Shown piece by piece: positions 49,499 to 55,941 of a stretch of DNA of 55,941 nucleotides. The stretch comes from Pseudomonadota bacterium (GTDB taxonomy: Bacteria; Bdellovibrionota; Bdellovibrionia; Bdellovibrionales; Bdellovibrionaceae): NCBI GenBank assembly GCA_041178425.1, contig JBEGVH010000011.1:1-55941 (forward strand), written 5' to 3'. Every line of letters starts with the position of its first letter. The stretch's first letter is position 1. Below the pieces are notes generated by a model. It saw only the letters and a program-made list of their open reading frames with translations. It was not told the origin of the DNA and made no database searches. The translations under genes and the position numbers were made by a program.

Positions 49499-49525
49499 TG
49501 ATCGGCGGCTCTGTAAAAACCTTGA
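49499..49525 (-). promoter_or_regulatory. Sigma28 (FliA) promoter
   Basis: TCAA-N15-GCCGATCA upstream of flagellin. Confidence 0.75.
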
Positions 49526-49638
49526 GCGCTTTTTTAAAATAATTTGTAAATCTGGCCTAAAGATAGGTGAAAAGTGGCAAAAAAATGGACAAAAAGGGAG
49601 CTCCAGAGGCGTTTTTAATGCCTAAAAGATTAGTAATT

Positions 49639-50133
49639 TCAATTGCTTCGCTCCCAAGTTGTAAAAGAAAAAGGCACTTCTCCAGAAACTTCCTTTTTTT
49701 CGACTAATTTGAAGGAAGAGGGTAATTCTGGATAAAAAGCATCTCCTGAAAACTCTCTATCTATAATAGTTAAATAAACTCTATTTGTTACAGAGAGGCT
49801 TTCTTTATAGATTTCGCCGCCACCAATAATAAAAACTTCTTCGGGCCATTGAGGCAGAAGTGTTTTTGCGAGAGCAACCGCCTCTTCAACACTTCTCACA
49901 ATTTTGACTTGTGAATGTTCGTAAGAGTAATTGGCCTGACGAGTGATGATAATATGAAATCTTCCAGGAAGTGGAGCCCCTAGCGACTCAAAAGTTTTTC
50001 TTCCCATGATCATGATGTGCCCTTTAGTTTTTGTTCTAAAAAACTTCATGTCTTCGGGAATATTCCAGGGAAGAGTGTTGTTGACACCGATGACTCGGTT
50101 TTTTGCCATCGCCGTGATGTGTGATAAAATCAT
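49639..50133 (-). CDS. folA: Dihydrofolate reductase
   Basis: [27 protein letters not shown]. Confidence 0.96.
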   Translation of the reverse strand: MILSHITAMAKNRVIGVNNTLPWNIPEDMKFFRTKTKGHIMIMGRKTFESLGAPLPGRFHIIITRQANYSYEHSQVKIVRSVEEAVALAKTLLPQWPEEVFIIGGGEIYKESLSVTNRVYLTIIDREFSGDAFYPELPSSFKLVEKKEVSGEVPFSFTTWERSN

Positions 50134-50924
50134 ATGGCCACCTCAGCTTTGATGGCTGGATAGGGGTCGTACTCAACGATTTCGATATCTTCAAATTTGA
50201 AATCAAAAATATTTTTAATATCTGGATTGAGGCGAAGTTTTGGTAAAGTCTTCGGCGTTCGTGTGAGTTGAAGCTCCGTTTGTTCAATATGATTCAGGTA
50301 CAAGTGGGCATCTCCAAGTGTGTGAACAAAATCTCCCACACCAAGCCCACACACCTGCGCGATCATATGAGTGAGAATCGCATAGCTCGCAATATTAAAT
50401 GGAACACCCAGAAACACATCGGCACTTCTCTGATAAAGTTGGCAGGAGAGCTTTCCGTCGGCGACATAAAACTGAAAGAAAGCGTGGCAAGGGGGTAATG
50501 CCATTTTATCAACGTCGGCCGGATTGAACGCCACTACAAGAAGGCGACGAGAATCAGGGTTGCTTTTAATTTGCTGGATCACATTGGTGATTTGATCGAT
50601 GGTGCGTCCATCGGGGCACTGCCAAGACCGCCATTGTTTTCCATACACTGGGCCCAAGTTGCCCTCGGCATCAGCCCATTCATCCCAAATGCTCACTTTA
50701 TTTTCTTTAAGATACTGGATATTGGTCTCGCCTTTCAGGAACCAGAGAAGTTCATGAATGATGGAACGGAGGTGAAGCTTTTTAGTAGTTAAGAGTGGAA
50801 AGCCCTGATCCAGAGGAAAGCGCATTTGATAGCCAAAAACGCTGAGAGTGCCGGTGCCTGTACGGTCAGATTTTTTAGTTCCGTGGGCTAAAATGTGGCG
50901 CAGTAAATCATGATAGGTTTGCAT
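50130..50924 (-). CDS. thyA: Thymidylate synthase
   Basis: [21 protein letters not shown]. Confidence 0.98.
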   Translation of the reverse strand: MQTYHDLLRHILAHGTKKSDRTGTGTLSVFGYQMRFPLDQGFPLLTTKKLHLRSIIHELLWFLKGETNIQYLKENKVSIWDEWADAEGNLGPVYGKQWRSWQCPDGRTIDQITNVIQQIKSNPDSRRLLVVAFNPADVDKMALPPCHAFFQFYVADGKLSCQLYQRSADVFLGVPFNIASYAILTHMIAQVCGLGVGDFVHTLGDAHLYLNHIEQTELQLTRTPKTLPKLRLNPDIKNIFDFKFEDIEIVEYDPYPAIKAEVAI

Positions 50925-51057
50925 GGCCCCCCCTAGGGATAGTCTGAATAGTTCCGAAGACGACCAACTTTAGTAAATTTTAGTTGGAGGGGTCAACACT
51001 TTGGATAATTGAATTGTGCAAACATTCGGGGCAGAATATACGAGGACAGGAGGTCCC

Positions 51058-52374
51058 ATGGAAGTACGCGATCCGGTGCATGGCTCTATTTCGGTTTCAG
51101 ATGACGAAGTCACAATTTTAGATACTCCAGAATATCAAAGATTACGCAGCATTAAGCAACTTGGGGTCTCTGAGTTTAGTTTTCCGGCAGCAACCCATAA
51201 TAGATACCTCCACTCCATTGGGGTTTGCCATCTTGCCGGGCGCGCTTTCGACCAGGTTTTTTCAAAAACAGAGTTTAAAAATACAAAGACGCGGGCTCGC
51301 CTTCGACAGTGTTTTCGATTAGCGGCTCTTCTTCACGACGTGGGGCATGGGCCTCTCAGTCACGTGACTGAGGCCGTAATGCCACCCCTCAAAGATCTCA
51401 ACGTGAAGGCCTACGACCATCGCTTAAAATCCATGTACCGTTTGGGAATTGTTCCTAATCTCGATCGCCAAGCAAATCACGAAGATTATACGATCAAGTA
51501 CATCACCGATTCTCCTTTGGCAGAGACAATTGTAAAAACCTTCAGTGATATTTCGCCTCTCCATATTATTTGTTTAATTGATAAGACGATTGCGAGTCCC
51601 GATGACTTTTTTATTGATAATGGAATTGATTACCGGCCAGTGCTGAGCCAATTGGTTAGCTCCGAGCTAGATGTTGATCGTCTCGATTACTTAGAACGAG
51701 ACTCATACTTTTGCGGAACCAATTACGGCACAATTGATCTTGAGTGGATCTTGTCGAATCTACAAATGCATGAAGTTGAAGGCAAAATGTATTTAGGCCT
51801 AGGACGGCGTGCGCTCTACACGTTTGATGATTTTTTACTGTCTCGGCATCATATGAATTTGATGGTGTACTTCCATCACAAGAGCATTATTTACGAAGAA
51901 ATGCTGATTCGTTACCTAGAATCAGACGATTGTACATTTAGGCTACCAGCCGATATCAACGAGTACACTTTTTATAATGATTATAAATTGTTTGAGCACC
52001 TCACTCAGGTCAAAAATCCTTGGGCGCAACGAGTGGCGCAAAGAAGACCTTATCGAAATTTAATTGAGTTTCACAATGTGACGGATCCACAGCGGCCCGA
52101 GAGAATCAAGCAGCGCCTTGAGCAATCGGCAATTGATGTGATTCGTGCGAGTTCCCATGTTCGTTTGAGCAAATACCATTCGTCATCGGCCGAAGATCGT
52201 GCCTTACCCATATATGTGGTTGATCAGTACGACCGCCTCGAAAAACCAGTGCCTATCGAACAGAGCACTAAGATTTTTCACTCTTATGAAGGCGAGAGAG
52301 TGATTGATCGGGTTTATGTTCCGCCAGAAAAATATGATGAGGCTAAAAAGATCATCGAGTCAGAGAAGCTATAA
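51058..52374 (+). CDS. HD-domain phosphohydrolase (dNTP triphosphohydrolase-like)
   Basis: RDPVHG, QRLRSIKQLG, HSIG, LLHDVGHGPLSH, DVDRLDYLERD. Confidence 0.88.
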   Translation: MEVRDPVHGSISVSDDEVTILDTPEYQRLRSIKQLGVSEFSFPAATHNRYLHSIGVCHLAGRAFDQVFSKTEFKNTKTRARLRQCFRLAALLHDVGHGPLSHVTEAVMPPLKDLNVKAYDHRLKSMYRLGIVPNLDRQANHEDYTIKYITDSPLAETIVKTFSDISPLHIICLIDKTIASPDDFFIDNGIDYRPVLSQLVSSELDVDRLDYLERDSYFCGTNYGTIDLEWILSNLQMHEVEGKMYLGLGRRALYTFDDFLLSRHHMNLMVYFHHKSIIYEEMLIRYLESDDCTFRLPADINEYTFYNDYKLFEHLTQVKNPWAQRVAQRRPYRNLIEFHNVTDPQRPERIKQRLEQSAIDVIRASSHVRLSKYHSSSAEDRALPIYVVDQYDRLEKPVPIEQSTKIFHSYEGERVIDRVYVPPEKYDEAKKIIESEKL

Positions 52375-52401
52375 GTGATTGGTAGGATTTGCTGTTCGGG
52401 G

Positions 52402-52427
52402 CGGGGTATGGATGGCTCCATACCCCG
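52402..52427. terminator. Hairpin between convergent genes
   Basis: CGGGGTATGGA/TCCATACCCCG stem. Confidence 0.65.
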
Positions 52428-52441
52428 TTGAGAGGAAAGTC

Positions 52442-53974
52442 TTATTTGCTAACGCTATAGATAAAGTTGAATCGATTCCCAGACATCATCTCTTCGTGGG
52501 AGTTTGGTCCAAGACCAATTCCTACATAAACATCTGTTCCAACTAAATTTGTTAGGTCGGCATCAATCTCGATCATTGAGCGATAAGAAGATTGCAAGTA
52601 GCCAGTTTGTTCGTAGGCAGGAGGAGGAGTCACTCCATCATGCTTAATCCATTCGCCGTTATCATTAAGGTAATAGCGGATGTTCTCTGGGCTGCCACGA
52701 ACGATGGCTGCTACATAAATCGCACCACTTTTTCCTTGTAGATCTTGGGGTACAGTCACTTTGTAACCAAAAGAGCGGTTTTCAATGGGGCCAGAAAGAT
52801 CACTTACGATTGCAAAGGGTGCTGTGGCATTAGAACCTTCCACAGTAATGTTCGTCATAAAGCTATTATTAAACTCATCATGTTCATCGACTTTTCTTTG
52901 GTCATCAATAAACACACGAACTCGTTTTTTGCCAGCAGTGGCCACCCAACGTTGCGCCTCTGGTGTTTCAATCACAACCTCTTCTCCTGCACGCAAAGGA
53001 GCGGTGAGCGTCAAACCAGCCCATGTAAATGTTGTTTTGTCGTCGATAATCTGAATTCCAGCTCCCAACCATGTGTCGGCAGGAATATCCGTTTGGCCTT
53101 GGTTTTTAATTGTCAGTGAAAGTGTCGCCATATCATTGGCTTTCAAGTTGCCGGCACCGCCAATTTTGGTGATAACGAGATCGGCTTTTGTTGGAGGTGC
53201 AACGGGTCCGGCGTTCTTAATCACGGCTCCCATGGTCTTCACAATCGATTGGGTTTGAGGCACGACGGCTGAAGAAATAGAGATGGCTATACGCAATTTA
53301 TTGAATCGAGATAAGAGCCTTTTTGAATTATAGCTTTGGCCTTGAGAGACGAGAAAGATTCCTTCTTCTATATCGCGCTTGGTGGTTTCGAGGGCTATAT
53401 AAATATACTCACGGAGAATTTCTGCCGATTTTTTTTCTGCAAATGAGGGTTTAAAGCAGTTGGCCGCATTGCCGTAACATTGCATAAAGGAAGAAGAGAT
53501 TCTCTGTAGGTTCGAGTACATTTCGTTAAAGGGTTTTGGATCCATTCCTAGGCATTCGTCCGAAGCGAGCGCGGCTGAGAGCTCTTGTTTATAAACAGCT
53601 GAATCTTCGCAACTGAGTTCTTTGGGTGCGGTGAGTGGGTCATGGTGTAAAAAGAATTCTGCGCAACCAATAACGCCAGAGCCTTCGACTTTGATTTCAT
53701 CGAACTCGCCGAGAGCATGGCCAATCACTGAGCGAAGTTTTTTCTGGCAGGCATTTTGATCAGAGGATTCAACGGCTCTTGTGAGAGTTTTGGAGTCGGC
53801 TTTTAGTTCTGATAGTAGGCTTGAGGGGTCCTCGCCGACGGTAGACTCAAACATCAGGAAACCCTGGGAACCACAAGCAGTTAATGATAAGACGACTGTT
53901 AATTGGCTGAGCCCAAAGATGGTTTTTCGCGAAAAAGATTTCGTGGTGGCAAAAGATCTCGTTTTTCGATTCAT
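52442..53974 (-). CDS. Lipoprotein with CARDB-like domain
   Basis: Lipobox LTAC; ADLVITKI...TIKNQG...VDEHDEFNN. Confidence 0.7.
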   Translation of the reverse strand: MNRKTRSFATTKSFSRKTIFGLSQLTVVLSLTACGSQGFLMFESTVGEDPSSLLSELKADSKTLTRAVESSDQNACQKKLRSVIGHALGEFDEIKVEGSGVIGCAEFFLHHDPLTAPKELSCEDSAVYKQELSAALASDECLGMDPKPFNEMYSNLQRISSSFMQCYGNAANCFKPSFAEKKSAEILREYIYIALETTKRDIEEGIFLVSQGQSYNSKRLLSRFNKLRIAISISSAVVPQTQSIVKTMGAVIKNAGPVAPPTKADLVITKIGGAGNLKANDMATLSLTIKNQGQTDIPADTWLGAGIQIIDDKTTFTWAGLTLTAPLRAGEEVVIETPEAQRWVATAGKKRVRVFIDDQRKVDEHDEFNNSFMTNITVEGSNATAPFAIVSDLSGPIENRSFGYKVTVPQDLQGKSGAIYVAAIVRGSPENIRYYLNDNGEWIKHDGVTPPPAYEQTGYLQSSYRSMIEIDADLTNLVGTDVYVGIGLGPNSHEEMMSGNRFNFIYSVSK

Positions 53975-54038
53975 TCGTGTTCCCCCTCATTACTGTTAGA
54001 ATCTCTCAATACCCCCGGAGATTCTTACAGGAGATGAA

Positions 54039-54054
54039 AGCAAAAGGCTTGCCC
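54039..54054 (-). promoter_or_regulatory. Putative sigma54 promoter
   Basis: GGGCAA-GCCTT-TTGCT (GG-N10-GC). Confidence 0.5.
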
Positions 54055-54452
54055 GAGATGAACTTTGTGAAAGGTTCTTGTTTCAATGCCTTAGGCTATG
54101 AATTGCTGTTCAACAGATGTCGTTGAACTTTGCGACTCCTATTGAGAATCGAATTGCTACCAAAGGGTAAGTCATTAATTAGACAGGGGGAGTTTATTTT
54201 GAGTGAGCAAAAAAACTATCTGTGCAGTCGCAAAGAAGTTCTACGGGCTTGGTTTTAGATGGATAGTCGAAAAGTTTTACTCAGGAACTTTGTCGAGAAC
54301 CTGGTCACTTCGGGTGACAAAGTTCATAAGTGGTTGAAACTGCGAAAACTTAATCTGTAAATAATCTGGGTGGCTTTTTTTGGATTTTAGACAGTTTTTT
54401 TGTTTCAATTTGAGATTTTAACTCTCAGATCTGTTCTGTTTCTTTAGGCCCT

Positions 54453-54468
54453 CGGTTTAATGATTGCA
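54453..54468 (+). promoter_or_regulatory. Putative sigma54 promoter
   Basis: CGGTTT-AATGA-TTGCA (GG-N10-GC), 24 bp before the ATG. Confidence 0.4.
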
Positions 54469-54491
54469 TCGCTCTGAGGGTAGGGGGCCTA

Positions 54492-55941
54492 ATGAGTTTA
54501 TTTAAAGGGCAGGTTGTATTCTTACTTTCATCACTGATATTAGCATCTGGTTGCTCTCCTTCTAAATTCTCTATGGATAAGAGTATGATGGAGGCAAGGA
54601 AGGTGGCCGGCTTTGGTCGTCAATCAATGGGTGGAAGTATCGGCGGATACTCTGGATCGGGTTCGGGCTCTGGTACCATTGGTGGTGTTGATCAACCGAA
54701 TCCAACTCCTACAGCCACTGTCATCGTCACGCCTACCCCCACTCCCACAGCGACGGTGCTGCCTCCTGCCAAAGCCAATGGCGCTTGCGGTGATGCTCAA
54801 GGAAAATCGTCTCGACAAGCTCCGACCAGCGGATTGTGCGCGGTAGGTAATCCGAGTTCAGTGGCAACCTACGAGAGCTCCTTCGGTTGGTCTTGCTCTG
54901 GTGTGAGTGGTGGCAGAGCTGCTTCTTGTCAGGCCACTGTTACTGTTGATGGCAAGTGCGGTAGTTCTAGCGGTCAATCTCACCTTTTCCCTCCAGGGGG
55001 CGGACTCTGCGAGAAGGGTGAACCTACTGCGGTAAGCTCGAATTCAAGTGGATTTATTTGGTCTTGCAGAGGATTGAATGGTGGTGGTGCCGTTAACTGT
55101 GGTGGTTCTATCTCTTCAGCTCAACCCACAGACATTCCTTTGTGGCAGCGTTGCCAACAGATGCCTCGTAATGACAATTGGTCTGATAAGTATATCGAAG
55201 CTCACGATCCAGAGAACTTGGTGTTCGAGCTTCGTAGAAGTGCCGACTTGAGTGTGGTCTGTCGTATTGATAAAGTGGCTATTGGAACCCTTAGCAAATA
55301 CGGTCGCCCTGATGTTGCTTCAATCGATCTAACAGTTGTAAAAGAAAAATGTGGCGCTCTCTTAGACCGCGATGGCGGCAATGATTACCGCGTCTTTATT
55401 CAAGATCCGAATCGCTATAAAGAAATGTCAACGGCAACGTATATTTCAGGTGAGGACAATCTCCTACTTATGGGAGCGAGTTCTGGGTCCGGTGGGCAAA
55501 TTGGTGGATACCACGAGGACAATAATCCAAGTGCTCCGGGTTTTCGGTTTGTTCGTTACACATCTAAATCACCTTGGTGTTTAGCTAAATCCTTTCAAGC
55601 GGGTTCGGCTTATTCTTTCATCGATTGTGGTGATAAAGTGAATGAGTATCTTCAGGTCACAGCCACAAAAAATGGATCTCCGATCACGCCACTTCCAGGT
55701 GGCTACTACACGCGAGATGGCCAAGTGTGGTCTTTTGCACTATCAATCATTGATAGTAATTCGAATATGCAAGTGCTTGATCCTAATTTGAGTCGAGTGG
55801 CGAAATTTTGCCAAGCGATGGGCTCACCACTTGTGATCGACACTCGTGACAACGTGAGCGAGGCGATTCCAATGAGTTCGATCGAGAAGGGAGTGGAGTT
55901 TGATTTACTAGGAGATAATTCTTATCCGTATGCTCATGCTC
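54492..55941 (+). CDS. Lipoprotein with Cys-rich repeats; runs off the window and is absent from the ORF track
   Basis: Hand translation is open from ATG 54492 to the end: MSLFKGQVVFLLSSLILASGC, Gly/Ser and Pro/Thr linkers, two Cys4 repeats. Confidence 0.85.
   Translation, partial: MSLFKGQVVFLLSSLILASGCSPSKFSMDKSMMEARKVAGFGRQSMGGSIGGYSGSGSGSGTIGGVDQPNPTPTATVIVTPTPTPTATVLPPAKANGACGDAQGKSSRQAPTSGLCAVGNPSSVATYESSFGWSCSGVSGGRAASCQATVTVDGKCGSSSGQSHLFPPGGGLCEKGEPTAVSSNSSGFIWSCRGLNGGGAVNCGGSISSAQPTDIPLWQRCQQMPRNDNWSDKYIEAHDPENLVFELRRSADLSVVCRIDKVAIGTLSKYGRPDVASIDLTVVKEKCGALLDRDGGNDYRVFIQDPNRYKEMSTATYISGEDNLLLMGASSGSGGQIGGYHEDNNPSAPGFRFVRYTSKSPWCLAKSFQAGSAYSFIDCGDKVNEYLQVTATKNGSPITPLPGGYYTRDGQVWSFALSIIDSNSNMQVLDPNLSRVAKFCQAMGSPLVIDTRDNVSEAIPMSSIEKGVEFDLLGDNSYPYAHA

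Noticed and set aside
54613..55584. Short ORFs at 54613, 54624 and 55372
   Set aside because: Lie inside the long open frame starting at 54492

Overview
Chromosomal window from a predatory-type bacterium, most likely Bdellovibrionota. This is inferred from a TIGR02147-family gene, the divIVA-proC-yggS-maf block, a Tad/FHA operon, short ~277 aa flagellins and the tmRNA tag GNDYALAA. Most of it is housekeeping: ssrA, serS, ribD, hmgA, rplU-rpmA-obgE-nadD/rsfS, recD2, pgi, ung, aroC, tRNA-Ser, two flagellins and thyA-folA. The left edge looks like the end of an element integrated at tmRNA. The main candidates for a second look are: (i) an acyl-CoA ligase-E1alpha-E1beta-E2-ACP cassette with no E3 and an E2 lacking its subunit-binding domain; (ii) a two-hairpin RNA with anti-Shine-Dalgarno loops in the 3' UTR of a sigma54-driven secreted-protein gene; (iii) a coupled TadC-DUF192-FHA-FHA-FHA operon that includes a kinase-less receptor and ends in a PP2C pseudophosphatase; (iv) a catalytically dead lytic transglycosylase; (v) a 1633 aa RCC1/Gly-rich lipoprotein; (vi) a densely structured spacer between the flagellins; (vii) a DnaA-box array with no dnaA nearby. 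All protein calls come from reading motifs by eye; no database searches were run.
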